A stretch of DNA of 38,233 nucleotides from an uncultured bacterium (lineage in GTDB: Bacteria; Hydrogenedentota; Hydrogenedentia; Hydrogenedentales; JAEUWI01), in contig CAXBPH010000032.1 of NCBI GenBank assembly GCA_963977445.1, positions 1-38,233 of the forward strand, in the 5' to 3' direction. The first letter of the stretch is position 1; every line of letters starts with the position of its first letter. Under the pieces are notes generated by a model that was not told where the DNA came from, did not search any database, and was given only the letters and a program-made list of their open reading frames with translations. Shown piece after piece: positions 9,187 through 20,126 of this stretch. Position numbers and translations under genes: made by a program.

Positions 9187-10761
9187 ATGGAGAAATACAC
9201 AATGTTATTTAAAACTTCGATTGCAGCAGCGCTGACGCTCATGGGGAGTGTCATGTTGTCGACATCCCAAGCCGCTGAAACAGCCTTTACCTTTCCCGAA
9301 ACAGGTCTCAAGGTCGATGGCCGGGTGACCTTACTTTCGATCGACGATCAAGGTTTGGGGGATCGTGATGGCCTCACCCTGACCCTCAACAAGCCCACGG
9401 TACGCCAGGAGCCGGTGTTGAAACCGGAAACGGGCAATCTCAGCGCGCCTGATTCCATGGCTGCCCACTTCTACGGCACGGTGCTCCATGATGCGGGTAA
9501 GTTCCGCATGTATTACTACGCCGTTAGCTATCGTGAGGGTGCGCCGGGTAATCTCTGGCAGGGTCCGGTTTGTTACGCCGAAAGTACGGATGGCTTGAAC
9601 TGGACCAAGCCCAATCTCGGCCAGGTGGAGATCGATGGCAGCACGGACAACAATGCGTTGAAGTTGTCCGATGAAGCGACCCAGTGTGCCGCTGTTATTA
9701 TCGACGACAAAGAGACAGACCCCAACAAGCGTTATAAGATGGTCTACATGGCTTTCTCCCATACCTGGACTTTCCGCACGGCGACGAGTGCGGATGGCAC
9801 CACGTGGGATGTGCAAGAAAAACGACCTTCGGACAAGTTTCTGGAAATGGGCAGCTTTCTCCGCTTTGGCGATCAGTGGGTTGTTCACGGACAGAGTGGT
9901 GGTGCCGATGCCGAGGGCAATCCCGAAGGGCGTCAAGGCTATGCGAGCACGTCCACGGACTTCATCAACTGGAATTTGGACTACGTAGATACCTTTCGCC
10001 TTCCTGAGCACGAAGACCTCGGACAGCGTGGCCTTAGTGGCGACTATCCCCAGGTACACCTTGGTGTGGGCGCTACGAGCTTTGGCAACGTGGCCGTGGG
10101 GCTCTACGGTATCTGGCACAATCCCGCAGTGGATGAACGTCGTAAGACGGGGTGGTATGGCGCGGGACTTATTACCTGCGACCTCGGACTGCTGGTCAGC
10201 AACGATGGTATCGCTTTTCGGGAGCCTGTCGTCGGCAATGTTTACATCTCTGAAAAAGAATCGCCTTCCACGCCGTTGCCGGGAGTGGACGATCCCACCA
10301 TCCTGTGCCAAGCCAACGGTATCCTGAACGTGGACGACCAGACGCTCATCTATCATGGGCGCTGGCGCAATGCCACCGTGACGAAGAATAACTACTACGC
10401 CGAGGTGGCACTGGCTACCTTGCCCCGGGATCGTTGGGGCAGCCTCAGCCTGGCCTCGGGTTCGACGGCCGGCTCCCTGGTTTCCGCACCCATCACCTTA
10501 CCCGAAAGTGGCTGCAGCTTCGCGGTGAATGCCGAAGGCGCGGGCATGTTGACGATCGAGCTTGCAGATGAGACGGGTGCCTTGTTGCCGGCCTTCAGTG
10601 GGGCCAATATGGCGACTATCGCTGGCGGTAAGGGCGTTGAAAAGGCCGTGAAATGGTCGGGAGACCTGGCGACCCTCGCTGGGAAAACGGTACAGGTAAA
10701 GGTTGGCTTCACGGGCGAAAATGCGAAGCTCTACGCCATTTATCTGGATGCCCCGAAGTAA
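9187..10761 (+). CDS. Secreted five-bladed beta-propeller glycoside hydrolase-like protein with C-terminal beta-sandwich
   Basis: Signal peptide, Asp-box-like repeats (YAESTDGLNW, TSADGTTW, SNDGIAF), KFRMYY, and an LPRDRW linker. The start could be the Met at 9202. Confidence 0.6.
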   Translation: MEKYTMLFKTSIAAALTLMGSVMLSTSQAAETAFTFPETGLKVDGRVTLLSIDDQGLGDRDGLTLTLNKPTVRQEPVLKPETGNLSAPDSMAAHFYGTVLHDAGKFRMYYYAVSYREGAPGNLWQGPVCYAESTDGLNWTKPNLGQVEIDGSTDNNALKLSDEATQCAAVIIDDKETDPNKRYKMVYMAFSHTWTFRTATSADGTTWDVQEKRPSDKFLEMGSFLRFGDQWVVHGQSGGADAEGNPEGRQGYASTSTDFINWNLDYVDTFRLPEHEDLGQRGLSGDYPQVHLGVGATSFGNVAVGLYGIWHNPAVDERRKTGWYGAGLITCDLGLLVSNDGIAFREPVVGNVYISEKESPSTPLPGVDDPTILCQANGILNVDDQTLIYHGRWRNATVTKNNYYAEVALATLPRDRWGSLSLASGSTAGSLVSAPITLPESGCSFAVNAEGAGMLTIELADETGALLPAFSGANMATIAGGKGVEKAVKWSGDLATLAGKTVQVKVGFTGENAKLYAIYLDAPK

Positions 10762-10885
10762 GGCTACGTTTCACAACGACGTATGAAATATAAAGACAGT
10801 GCTTCGTGCTCTTTTTGAAGCTCGTGACGCGTATGTCAACGCGCCACGGGGGACGGGAAGAGCACGAAGTCGATTGGATCGATAC

Positions 10886-12304
10886 ATGGGTTCAAAAATC
10901 GATATGCGATGCTTCCGGTGCCGGGTCGGGGTGTTGGTTCCATTTCTCGTCCTCCTGTCTTCCATTGCGATTTCGCAAGACGAGGGTCCTTCTGACGGCA
11001 ATGGGCTACCCCGGAGCGAAACGTGGACGGAAACCTGGCTGGACGAAAGTGGTGCGACGCTACCCATCGAGGTGACGGGGGAAATATGGACCGATGTTTT
11101 TCAATCCCGTCTGACCCGGGAAAAGGTGCTCCACATACCCGCCCGCGCAAAACCCTACTATCTGGATGGGCCATTGGTCATGGAAACGGGGGACCGAATT
11201 ATGGCCGATCCCATGGCGGAGATTCGGCTGAAACCCGGTACCAATACCTGCATGGTGCGCAATAAGAACGTCGTGGGATTCGCAGAGACGGTGGTGCCGA
11301 CGGAGACCACGCCGGACAGGGACATCCGAATCGAAGGGGGGATTTGGACGACCTTGGCAACTGGCGATAGCGCCGCCAATGGAAACATGCGTGGCCACTC
11401 CTCCAAGGAAAACTATGTCCACGGTACGCACGGCGTCATCTTACTTCACAATGTGAATGACGTTGTGGTGAGTAACATCACAATTCGCCAGAGTAAAGCG
11501 TTCGGTGTTCACCTCGGTAATGTGGAGAACTTCCGCATCGACGGTGTCCGACTGGAAGGTCAGCGTCGAGACGGCGTGCATGTGAACGGCCCGGCCCGCA
11601 ATGGGGTTATTAAAAATGTCCATGGTGATTCCCATGATGACACGGTCGCGCTGAATGCCTGGGAATGGAAGAATTATGCGCCGAGTTACGGTCCGATTCG
11701 TGACGTGCTCATTGCAGATGTTGCCGGTGCTGCCGCCGACACGCCCAGCGCAAATTCCATTCGACTTCTGCCCGGCGTGAAGCAGTTCAGCGACGGTACC
11801 AGCCTCGATTGCTCCATCTCAGATATTGTGCTGCGAAATATTGCCGACATAAACGAGTTCAAGCTCTACGAGCAGCCCAACCTGGAGTTGGGGCGTGATA
11901 AGGACTTCAGCGCGACGCCCGGCGTCTTGCGCAATATTCAGATGGACGGACTCAAGTTCAGCCGCCCCGGGGTGATAAAAATTGCGGCCCGGCTAGAAGG
12001 ACTCTCGGTAGATAATGTGGATCTGAATTTTCCCGCACGGGCGACGTTCAAGCTTATCGAAATTGGCCCAATGTCGATGACATGGCGACACGGCGACGAT
12101 CCCGCAAAGTGGGTGGAAGTCTTTATGCCCGATCGTGATGTGTATGTTCGGGATGTTCAGCTCGGCACGGTGCGCCATCTCGGTGACGTCCTTACGACCG
12201 ATGTGGACGCACAGTTTATTCAGGTACAGGGCCAGAAGCTTAACCCCGAGTACCCCAAAACCACCCCGCGCGGCGGAACAGGAAAGGCCATTCGGGATAA
12301 ATAG
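10886..12304 (+). CDS. Secreted right-handed beta-helix (pectin-lyase fold) protein
   Basis: Signal-like segment, RDGVHVNG and HDDTVALN motifs, and periodic I/V-x-I/V repeats. The start is uncertain (10886 or 10904). Confidence 0.65.
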   Translation: MGSKIDMRCFRCRVGVLVPFLVLLSSIAISQDEGPSDGNGLPRSETWTETWLDESGATLPIEVTGEIWTDVFQSRLTREKVLHIPARAKPYYLDGPLVMETGDRIMADPMAEIRLKPGTNTCMVRNKNVVGFAETVVPTETTPDRDIRIEGGIWTTLATGDSAANGNMRGHSSKENYVHGTHGVILLHNVNDVVVSNITIRQSKAFGVHLGNVENFRIDGVRLEGQRRDGVHVNGPARNGVIKNVHGDSHDDTVALNAWEWKNYAPSYGPIRDVLIADVAGAAADTPSANSIRLLPGVKQFSDGTSLDCSISDIVLRNIADINEFKLYEQPNLELGRDKDFSATPGVLRNIQMDGLKFSRPGVIKIAARLEGLSVDNVDLNFPARATFKLIEIGPMSMTWRHGDDPAKWVEVFMPDRDVYVRDVQLGTVRHLGDVLTTDVDAQFIQVQGQKLNPEYPKTTPRGGTGKAIRDK

Positions 12305-12733
12305 GGGGGAGCGGGGTTGCCACCGGTAGTGCCCCAATGATGCCCGAGACAAGACACGACTGAAGGGGCCGAAGAATTGCGTTGGCATGCCGCGCTAAAT
12401 CCTAGTTAATCCACCGGCTCTGCCGTTCCGTCGAGTTCTTCTACGGTTAGCTCAAGCAGCGTAATTTTTGCACTGTTGCAGAATAGGGCGGCCGAAGCGC
12501 TCTTAGCGCCGGAGGGGCGGCTTAGAATTTTCGGAGATGGGACCCAATTCGCGCCCTATGTCGCCCCGCTGGGACTAGTATTGGCGTGTGTCGACCAAAA
12601 CCCAGGACTCGCTACGCTCGCCGCTGGGCTACGATATCTCGCCCACTTCGTGGACTTAACAGCCCCGTTGCCGTGGCTTTCCTCATACCCCCGACTCTGC
12701 AGGTGCCGCGCTAGATTGCGGCGAGGACCCCAC

Positions 12734-13324
12734 CTACGAATCAACACGTTGGAAGGTGTAGCGCAGTCGGCCATCGTCTGCACGGTCAACGGTGATTTCG
12801 ACGAAGAGCCCTTCCCCGAACATTACAGATTGACGCCACTGTTTTAGCCGCGTGCCCTCCGGCGGTGGCGTGAAATTGCTGCTTTCTTTGGAGGAGGTGT
12901 CGTCCCTCATTTCCACGATGACGCATTGCCACTCATCTGTCTCCGCCAGGGGTTTCGCGCTCAGCCCCCATAAGCCCTTGGACTCGGCCCATCGGACCAT
13001 CACCGGCTGGCCTACGGCGACTTCGCACACCATGGGAATGCTCTCCTCCTCGGGGAATAGGACGCCGAGCTCGCGAAGTAGTGCTCCGTCCGTGTCCGAT
13101 CTATCCAATGGCTCCAGGTGCAAATCTTCCAGCAACGTCTTCAGCGCTTTCGTGTTGGCCTTGTTCTTTGTCGGTTCAAACCAGGTGAGCACTTGGGCCC
13201 TGCGCGCCATGGTGGTAGCCTGCTCGGTGTTGTCCTCGTCCTGGTAGATCCGCGCCATGGTAATCGCAGCATCTACACCCGTGAAGGTTCGCGTGATGAA
13301 GTGTTCGTTAAAAACCTCTTTCAT
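12734..13324 (-). CDS. Hypothetical protein, possibly the 3' remnant of a larger gene
   Basis: Protein-like 196-aa ORF whose frame stays open for 61 more codons upstream without a standard start. Confidence 0.45.
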   Translation of the reverse strand: MKEVFNEHFITRTFTGVDAAITMARIYQDEDNTEQATTMARRAQVLTWFEPTKNKANTKALKTLLEDLHLEPLDRSDTDGALLRELGVLFPEEESIPMVCEVAVGQPVMVRWAESKGLWGLSAKPLAETDEWQCVIVEMRDDTSSKESSNFTPPPEGTRLKQWRQSVMFGEGLFVEITVDRADDGRLRYTFQRVDS

Positions 13325-13516
13325 CCCATAGCGTAGGAACTGGGAACGGAATGCGAGGAGCAGGTTTTCACTGGGATTGGAGGCGAGTAGTTTCTCCAGA
13401 AGTTCCGGATATTCGTCCTTACCGTATCGGTCGATGTAGTGGGCGAAGTACCGGAATAGTTCCTGGTCGTTTTGCTCGTCGGGGCACGAAAAGGGACCCA
13501 GGCGGGCTCAATGGCC

Positions 13517-14260
13517 CTACATCAATTCCTTTACGGCTTCGACGAGGGATGGGAGCGTGTTTCCGGCCGGTCCGGGAAGGAAAAAATCGGTGATTTGGGA
13601 CGTGAAATCTGTCGGCTCCAAATTGCACTCGATGATATGGGCACCATTCATTTTTGCAGTCAAGGGCAATTGGGCCGCCGGGTAGACCGTCGCTGACGTA
13701 CCGACGATGAGCACCACATCGGCAGACCCAATGGCTTCATCGGCGGCCGTGATTGCTTCGTCGGGTATGAGCTCGCCAAAGAGTACGACATCGGGCTTCA
13801 TCAGGCCACCACAAGGGCATCGGGGTGCGGTGGTGCTCCGCGCCGCTATATCGAGGCGGCGGGTCATTTGGCAGTCCAGACAGCGCATGTGCCTGCCATT
13901 CCCATGAAACTCGATGACGTTCCGGGAGCCCGCTTCCTGGTGAAGGTTGTCGATATTCTGCGTGATGACCGCCCCCATCCTGCCCAATTCCTGAAGGGCC
14001 GCCAGGGCGCGGTGGCCCGGGTTTGGCGCAACATCACCCAACATGGTACCGAGGTCATACCACATGTTCCAGACCCGGTCGGGGTCCGCCATGAAGGCGT
14101 CGATGGTGGCGTATTGTTCGGGGGGATAGGTGTCCCAAATGCCACCGGGGCTGCGAAAATCGGGGATGCCGCTTTCCACCGAAATGCCGGCACCGGTCAG
14201 GGCGATTACATTTTGGCTATGGACAATCCGTTCTGCAGCGCGCGCGAGCACGTCTGTCAT
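13517..14260 (-). CDS. cobB: NAD-dependent protein deacylase (sirtuin)
   Basis: GAGISVESGIPDFR, TQNIDNLHQEAGS, HGN, zinc cysteines and GTSATVYPAA. Confidence 0.92.
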   Translation of the reverse strand: MTDVLARAAERIVHSQNVIALTGAGISVESGIPDFRSPGGIWDTYPPEQYATIDAFMADPDRVWNMWYDLGTMLGDVAPNPGHRALAALQELGRMGAVITQNIDNLHQEAGSRNVIEFHGNGRHMRCLDCQMTRRLDIAARSTTAPRCPCGGLMKPDVVLFGELIPDEAITAADEAIGSADVVLIVGTSATVYPAAQLPLTAKMNGAHIIECNLEPTDFTSQITDFFLPGPAGNTLPSLVEAVKELM

Positions 14261-14297
14261 GATGCGCTTCCTCCTGGGGCACGTACCCCCATCTTAC

Positions 14298-16832
14298 TCA
14301 AAGCTCGGGAGATGGTGGTTCTGCGAGGGTAAAATAGAAGGTGGTCCCTTCATCCTCGGTGGATTCCAACCAGATACGCCCGCCGTGTCGGTGGACGATC
14401 TTCTGCGCGATGCTCAGTCCTGCGCCGGTGCCACCACCAAATTTATCCCGTCCGTGGAGGCGTTTGAAAATTCGAAATATGGTCGCCTGGTGTTTCTCGG
14501 GGATACCAATGCCGTTGTCACGGACGTAGAATTCGGTTTCTCCATCGGCGTTAACGGTGGCGCCCACCTCGACCGTTTTGGTGTCTTTGTCGTTGTACTT
14601 GATTCCGTTGGTAATGAGGTTTCGAAAGACCTCGGATGCCAGTACGGGGTGGCAGGAGAACATTGGGAGTGAATCAGAGACAATCACCGTACCGTTTTCT
14701 TCTTCAAGCCAGACCTCGAACGATTCGACCGTTTCTTCAACTTCCAACCTGAGGTCCATGTTTTTTACCGTGAACTCAGATTGGCCGACCCGAGAATACT
14801 GAAATAAGGCTTCGATGAACTGGGAGAGACGATTCGCCAGTCTAACGAGGGTGTGCAGCTTCTCGTTTCCGTCCTCGTCAAGTTTGTCCTCGTAATCTTC
14901 CAATAAGAAACTGGCATAATTTTTAATGCCCCGAAGGGGTTCTTTCAAATCGTGAGACGCAATGTGGGCAAAGTCCTCCAATTCCCGATTGCTCCGCTCG
15001 AGGTCTTTCGAAAAGCGGGTCAACGCGTCCTGGGCGTCCTTCTGGGTCGTAATATCCAGATGGGTTCCGCAGATTCGGACGGGCCTACCGGAGTCGTCAC
15101 GTTCGATCACGGTGCCTTTCGTTAAGACCCAGACCCAGCTACCCTTTTTATGTCGTAGACGATGTTCCACTTCATAGGTTTGGGTTTCTCCGCGAAGGTG
15201 GCTATCCAGAGCTTCGCTGACCATCGTCCAGTCATCGGGGTGGATCGAAGATTTCCACGTAGAAGAATCCTGAGCAATTTCACCCAAATCATATCCGAGC
15301 ATGTTAGCCCATCGGTGGTCAAAGTGGGCCCGCTCTTCGACGATATTCCAATCCCATGTGCCCAGTTCGCCACCACGAAGGGCGAGTTCCAGTCGTTCTT
15401 TACTTTCTTTCAGCGCTACTTCAGCGCGTTTACGGGCATCGATATCCTGAATTTGCGAAATGAAGTAGAGGGGCTTGTCCTCCGAATCCCAAACAAGGGA
15501 CACGCTCAATTCAATCCACACAAATCTGCCACTTTTTCGGATGTATCGTTTTTCGATGTGGTATTCATCAATTTCTTTGCGGAGCATCTTGTGGAGTAGA
15601 TCGAGATCCTTATCCAGATCGTCGGGATGGGTAATGGTCTGAAAGTCGGTGGCAAGCAATTCGTCATTGGTGTAGCCCACGATTTCGCAGATGGCATTGT
15701 TTACCCGGACCCAACTGCCTTCCGGCGAGACGAGTGCCATGCCGATAGGCGCGTTTTTCATGGCGAGACGAAACATTTCCTCGTTGAAACGGGCCAGTTC
15801 CAACGCGTTTTCTGATTTTGTGTTGTCGGAGATGCAAAGCAATACGTGACGCTGTCGCGCGATCTCCATCGCCTTGGTGTGGATGATCATGTGCCTGCGG
15901 GATTCACCCTGCCCGCTGGATGCTTCCGTCGAGAATACGTCGGTCTTATTGTGCAGGACTTGCTGAATACCGGTACGGATGGTATTTGAAGCTCCCGCGT
16001 CAAAGGGCCCCAGTGCTTCGATGAAGTCGGCGTAATTGCTTGGTTGGCCTTTAGAATCCGAAAGCAAAGATCGAATCTTTACGACGTCGAGGTTACTTTC
16101 AACGATACCCCCGTCGGGACCGACAATGACGTTCACCGTTGGGTTGGCAGAGAGTACGTTTCGCACCAAGTCATAGGATTGGGCCAATGCGGTAACCTGA
16201 TTTTTGCTGAACCATAGCTCAACGGATGCGAGCAAACTGGCCGCGACAAGCAGTAACCCGGCAAGGCCCAGGCCGGCCAGGATTAGTGTGAGGGTGTAAT
16301 TGCCTGTGCTCTTGATGTCATTCAGATGCCGGTCAAGTATGTCTTTTCGACTTGTTCTGATTTCGTCTACAATCGATCGGACTTCCCGCATGTATTGCTG
16401 GCCCGCATTTGTTTCGACGATTGCCAGTGCCGCAGCAAGCCCATCACTTTTTCGGAGTCGAATGGTTTTCTCAATCTCGGTCAGTTTGGCGTGTATATTC
16501 TCTTCCAGGCGGGGGAACAACTCTTGCACGGAGATGTCATCCGACAGGCGCGCCTTCAGGCTGCTCGTCTGGCTGTCGATCGAAGCCATGGCCTGTTCAC
16601 AGGGGGGCAGATAGGCTTCGTCGCCCGTCAATAAATATCCCCGCTGACCCGTTTCCGCATCGGTCAGTGTAATCGTGATGTGGGAGAGGGCGTCGATGGT
16701 TTTGTGTGCGATTCCAATTTCCCGATTCATTTCAATGAAATTAACGGCGCTTTGATAGGCCCGCAAACTTACAATGATAAGTAGCAGGATTCCAATCAAC
16801 GTGAGTATACGTGCGACGGTAGGAATTCGCAT
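14298..16832 (-). CDS. Sensor histidine kinase (CHASE3 + PAS/PAC x2-3 + HisKA + HATPase)
   Basis: DAETGQRGYLLTG (CHASE3), THPDD and IHPDD PAS motifs, H-box ASHDLKEPLR, NLITNGIKY, DNGIGI and GTGAGL. Probable start is the Met at 16832. Confidence 0.9.
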   Translation of the reverse strand: MRIPTVARILTLIGILLLIIVSLRAYQSAVNFIEMNREIGIAHKTIDALSHITITLTDAETGQRGYLLTGDEAYLPPCEQAMASIDSQTSSLKARLSDDISVQELFPRLEENIHAKLTEIEKTIRLRKSDGLAAALAIVETNAGQQYMREVRSIVDEIRTSRKDILDRHLNDIKSTGNYTLTLILAGLGLAGLLLVAASLLASVELWFSKNQVTALAQSYDLVRNVLSANPTVNVIVGPDGGIVESNLDVVKIRSLLSDSKGQPSNYADFIEALGPFDAGASNTIRTGIQQVLHNKTDVFSTEASSGQGESRRHMIIHTKAMEIARQRHVLLCISDNTKSENALELARFNEEMFRLAMKNAPIGMALVSPEGSWVRVNNAICEIVGYTNDELLATDFQTITHPDDLDKDLDLLHKMLRKEIDEYHIEKRYIRKSGRFVWIELSVSLVWDSEDKPLYFISQIQDIDARKRAEVALKESKERLELALRGGELGTWDWNIVEERAHFDHRWANMLGYDLGEIAQDSSTWKSSIHPDDWTMVSEALDSHLRGETQTYEVEHRLRHKKGSWVWVLTKGTVIERDDSGRPVRICGTHLDITTQKDAQDALTRFSKDLERSNRELEDFAHIASHDLKEPLRGIKNYASFLLEDYEDKLDEDGNEKLHTLVRLANRLSQFIEALFQYSRVGQSEFTVKNMDLRLEVEETVESFEVWLEEENGTVIVSDSLPMFSCHPVLASEVFRNLITNGIKYNDKDTKTVEVGATVNADGETEFYVRDNGIGIPEKHQATIFRIFKRLHGRDKFGGGTGAGLSIAQKIVHRHGGRIWLESTEDEGTTFYFTLAEPPSPEL

Positions 16833-16980
16833 AAATACGACAAAGCCTCGCTTGGTTTGGTGCAGTAACAGGTACACTATATCCGAAAAGCGAGGCGGTT
16901 GTCTTTTTGATGCATTGATGAACTGGGAAGGCTGAAGGCCCTTCAAGAAGCAAACATAAATTGCTACTGTATGTCCGCGG

Positions 16981-18252
16981 TCAGCTTGGTGTTATCACCT
17001 CAAGGCCGCCCATGTAGGGACGCAGCACTTCGGGAATTAACACCGACCCATCGGCCTGCTGGTAATTTTCCAGCACGGCCACGAGCGTGCGCCCTACGGC
17101 CAGACCGGAGCCATTGATGGTGTGGAGAAATTCCGGTTTCTTGTCCCGCTTGAAACGAATGTTGGCACGTCGCGCCTGATAATCTTTGAAATTGGAGCAG
17201 GAGCTGATTTCACGGTAGGAATTCTGGCCGGGCAGCCAGACTTCCAGGTCATAGGTCTTCGCGGCGCTGAATCCCAGGTCGCCGGTACAGAGGGTCATGA
17301 CGCGGTAGGGCAGTTTAAGGGCCTGAAGAATGGCCTCGGCGTTTTCCGTCAGCTTCTCCAATTCCTGATCGCTATCTTCCGGACGAACAAACTTGACCAT
17401 TTCCACTTTGTTGAACTGGTGCTGCCGAATCATGCCACGGGTATCTTTACCGTGGGAACCGGCCTCGCTACGAAAACAGGGGGTGTAGGCCGTGTAGTAA
17501 CGGGGCAGGTCGGAATCTTTCAGTATTTCATCGCGGTGGATGTTGGTAACGGGTACTTCAGCGGTGGGAATAAGCCAATAATCGGTGTCGGTTATTTTGA
17601 AACTGTCTTCGGCAAATTTCGGCAGCTGGCCGGTACCGCGCATGCTGTCTGAATTCACCATGAAGGGCGGCAGCATTTCGGTGTAACCGTGCTGTTCCGT
17701 GTGGGTATCGAGCATGAAATTGATGAGGGCGCGCTCGAGCCGGGCACCGGCACCCTTGCCCAGACAAAACCGCGCTCCGGTGAGTTTGGCGGCGCATTCA
17801 AAATCGAGAATGCCGAGGGATTCACCGAGGGCCACGTGGTCTTTTACTTCAAAATCGTAGGTGGGTACCTCGCCCCAGCTACGTTCTTCACGATTGTGGC
17901 TCTCGTCTTTGCCTACCGGCAGGCTTTCGTCGGGAATGTTGGGGAGGCGAAGCAATAGATCGATCAGGGTGGTGTCGACGACCCGTACTTGCTCTTCCAG
18001 GGCCGCTATCTTGTCTTTGATGACCTTCATGGCAGCGATGGCCTCGCTGGCATCCTCTTTGGCCTTCTTGGCGGCACCAATGGCCTGACTGGCCGTATTC
18101 TGCTCGGCCCGCAGCTGCTCCATTTCGTGAACCAGTCCCCGCCGCTTGGCGTCTTCAGCGAGTATGGCATCGACAGAGAAAGAACCACCACGTTTGGCGA
18201 GGGCTGCGGTAACGGCGTCGGGGTCTTGGCGCAGGAGCTTGATGTCCAACAT
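16981..18252 (-). CDS. serS: Seryl-tRNA synthetase
   Basis: [40 protein letters not shown] and NGSGLAVGR. Confidence 0.98.
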   Translation of the reverse strand: MLDIKLLRQDPDAVTAALAKRGGSFSVDAILAEDAKRRGLVHEMEQLRAEQNTASQAIGAAKKAKEDASEAIAAMKVIKDKIAALEEQVRVVDTTLIDLLLRLPNIPDESLPVGKDESHNREERSWGEVPTYDFEVKDHVALGESLGILDFECAAKLTGARFCLGKGAGARLERALINFMLDTHTEQHGYTEMLPPFMVNSDSMRGTGQLPKFAEDSFKITDTDYWLIPTAEVPVTNIHRDEILKDSDLPRYYTAYTPCFRSEAGSHGKDTRGMIRQHQFNKVEMVKFVRPEDSDQELEKLTENAEAILQALKLPYRVMTLCTGDLGFSAAKTYDLEVWLPGQNSYREISSCSNFKDYQARRANIRFKRDKKPEFLHTINGSGLAVGRTLVAVLENYQQADGSVLIPEVLRPYMGGLEVITPS

Positions 18253-18363
18253 GAAAGGTCATTCCTTGTGCTTTTATGGGGAGTTTTGTGTAAACGGTGA
18301 AGTATGCGTACCCGACTTGGGTAGACTCAACGCGCTCCCGATAGGGGCGCATGCTCCGGCGGG

Positions 18364-19275
18364 CTAATTACGGAGAATTTCCAGGAGTCGCTCCAATTCA
18401 TCGAGCGTATAGTAATCGATTTCAATCCTGCCCTTGCCACCTTGTTGGGTCTTCAATTGAACTTTGGTGCCCAGACTATGGCGAAGTTCATCTTCCAACT
18501 GTGCGATATTTGGGTCGCGGGGCGTTTTGGGTGTGGGCGTTTGTGCCGTTTTGCTTTCGTTGGCCAGTTTTTCTACCTGGCGCACCGAGAGGCCCTGGGC
18601 AATAATTTTGCGGGCAATGGCGACCTGGGCTGCCGTTGTCGGGAAGGCCAGTATCGCCCGGGCATGGCCCATAGAGAGGGAGCCATCTGCGACCTGTTCC
18701 TGGACGACTTCGGGCAGGTTGAGCAGGCGAAGCATGTTGGTAACCGTGGCGCGCTTCTTGCCCACTTCCCGGGAGACTTCTTCCTGGGTCCAGCCGAATT
18801 CTTCCATGAGATCCTGGTAGCCCTGGGCCATTTCCATGGCGTTCAGGTCTTCCCGCTGGATATTTTCAATCAGCCCCAGACGGAGCATGTCGCGGTCTGA
18901 GACGTCGCGACACACCGCAGGGATGGTCGTCATATCGGCCATGATGCTGGCTTTGACACGTCGCTCACCGCTGATGAGCTCGTAATGATCGCCTACTTTT
19001 CGAACGAGGACCGGTTCCTGGACACCATCCCGTTTGATAGATGCGGCCAACTCTTCGAGGGCTTCCTCATTGAAGACGTGTCGGGGTTGCTTCGGATTGG
19101 GGTGGATGTCCGTCGGATCGAGCTCAATGAGCGTGGCCCCATCGGTGAGGGCCGCCACGGTGGGTGGTGGGGCGTGCTCCGCCGATTTTTGGGACGGATT
19201 GCCCATGGGATTACTGCCGATGAGGGCACCGAGGCCCTTGCCCAGACCTTTTCGCTTGGGACTAGCCACGGGCAA
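18364..19275 (-). CDS. parB: ParB/Spo0J chromosome partitioning protein
   Basis: KGLGKGLGALI, NPKQPR, GERR, LIENIQREDL and an HTH region. Confidence 0.95.
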   Translation of the reverse strand: MPVASPKRKGLGKGLGALIGSNPMGNPSQKSAEHAPPPTVAALTDGATLIELDPTDIHPNPKQPRHVFNEEALEELAASIKRDGVQEPVLVRKVGDHYELISGERRVKASIMADMTTIPAVCRDVSDRDMLRLGLIENIQREDLNAMEMAQGYQDLMEEFGWTQEEVSREVGKKRATVTNMLRLLNLPEVVQEQVADGSLSMGHARAILAFPTTAAQVAIARKIIAQGLSVRQVEKLANESKTAQTPTPKTPRDPNIAQLEDELRHSLGTKVQLKTQQGGKGRIEIDYYTLDELERLLEILRN

Positions 19276-20020
19276 TTACCTCCCGCGCGAGGGAAAGGTA
19301 GCCCTGGGAGCCGGCACACTTGAGATCATAGTAGATCACCGGTTTGCCGAAACTGGGCGCTTCGCTCAGGGTGACGTTCCGGGGGATGATCGTATCGAAG
19401 ACGGAGGTGCCCAAATGTCCCCGTACATCGTCGATGACTTGCTTGCAGAGATTGGTATGCTGATACATGGTGAGTAGCACGCCAAAGACGGAAAGCCCGG
19501 GATTCAGATTGTCCCGAACGAGAATGACCGTCTGGAGCAATTCACTCAGGCCTTCCAGCGCGTAATATTCGCACTGCAGGGTAACCAGAATGCCGTCGGC
19601 GGCCACGAGACCATTCAGTGTAAGAATGCTGAGGGATGGGGGGCAATCGATAAATATGTAGTCGAATTCGTCCCGCAATTCGGCGAGTTGTTGTTGGAGG
19701 CGAAATTCGCGGCCTTCCACATCGACCAATTCGACTTCGGCACCAACCAATTCCCGGTTGGCGGGCATGATATAGAGATTTTCCCACTCCGTCTCGCACA
19801 TGATTTCCGATGCGGGGGTCTTGTTGACGAGAAAATCATAGACACTGGCTTCGATTTCATTTTTATCGATGCCCAGACCTTGCGTCGCATTACCCTGGGG
19901 GTCCAAATCAATGAGCAGGGTGGATTTTTCAGCGGCGGCCATACAGGCGGCAAGATTTACCGCCGTGGTGGTCTTACCCACGCCGCCCTTCTGGTTGGCT
20001 ATTGCGATGACACGTCCCAA
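19262..20020 (-). CDS. parA: ParA/Soj ATPase
   Basis: NQKGGVGKTTT, DLDPQGNAT, IDCPPSL, QCEYYALEGL and EAPSFGKP. Confidence 0.96.
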   Translation of the reverse strand: MGRVIAIANQKGGVGKTTTAVNLAACMAAAEKSTLLIDLDPQGNATQGLGIDKNEIEASVYDFLVNKTPASEIMCETEWENLYIMPANRELVGAEVELVDVEGREFRLQQQLAELRDEFDYIFIDCPPSLSILTLNGLVAADGILVTLQCEYYALEGLSELLQTVILVRDNLNPGLSVFGVLLTMYQHTNLCKQVIDDVRGHLGTSVFDTIIPRNVTLSEAPSFGKPVIYYDLKCAGSQGYLSLAREVIARG

Positions 20021-20126
20021 CGATCCGGCCCTAACTGGTTTGCATTAGAAATGGTTATTACACAAGGCGCGTATCATACGAATCAGCCGCTCGGGAAGTC
20101 AATACAGGCACGGTATGCTGGGGCAA

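Noticed and set aside
13517..14260. Sirtuin as the eraser for the GNAT-modified peptides
   Set aside because: It is about 14 kb away on the opposite strand and separated by housekeeping genes, so there is no evidence of linkage.
18364..20120. parS site or replication origin near parAB
   Set aside because: I found no TGTTTCACGTGAAACA-like palindrome or DnaA-box cluster by eye, and no dnaA, rsmG or mnmG in the window.
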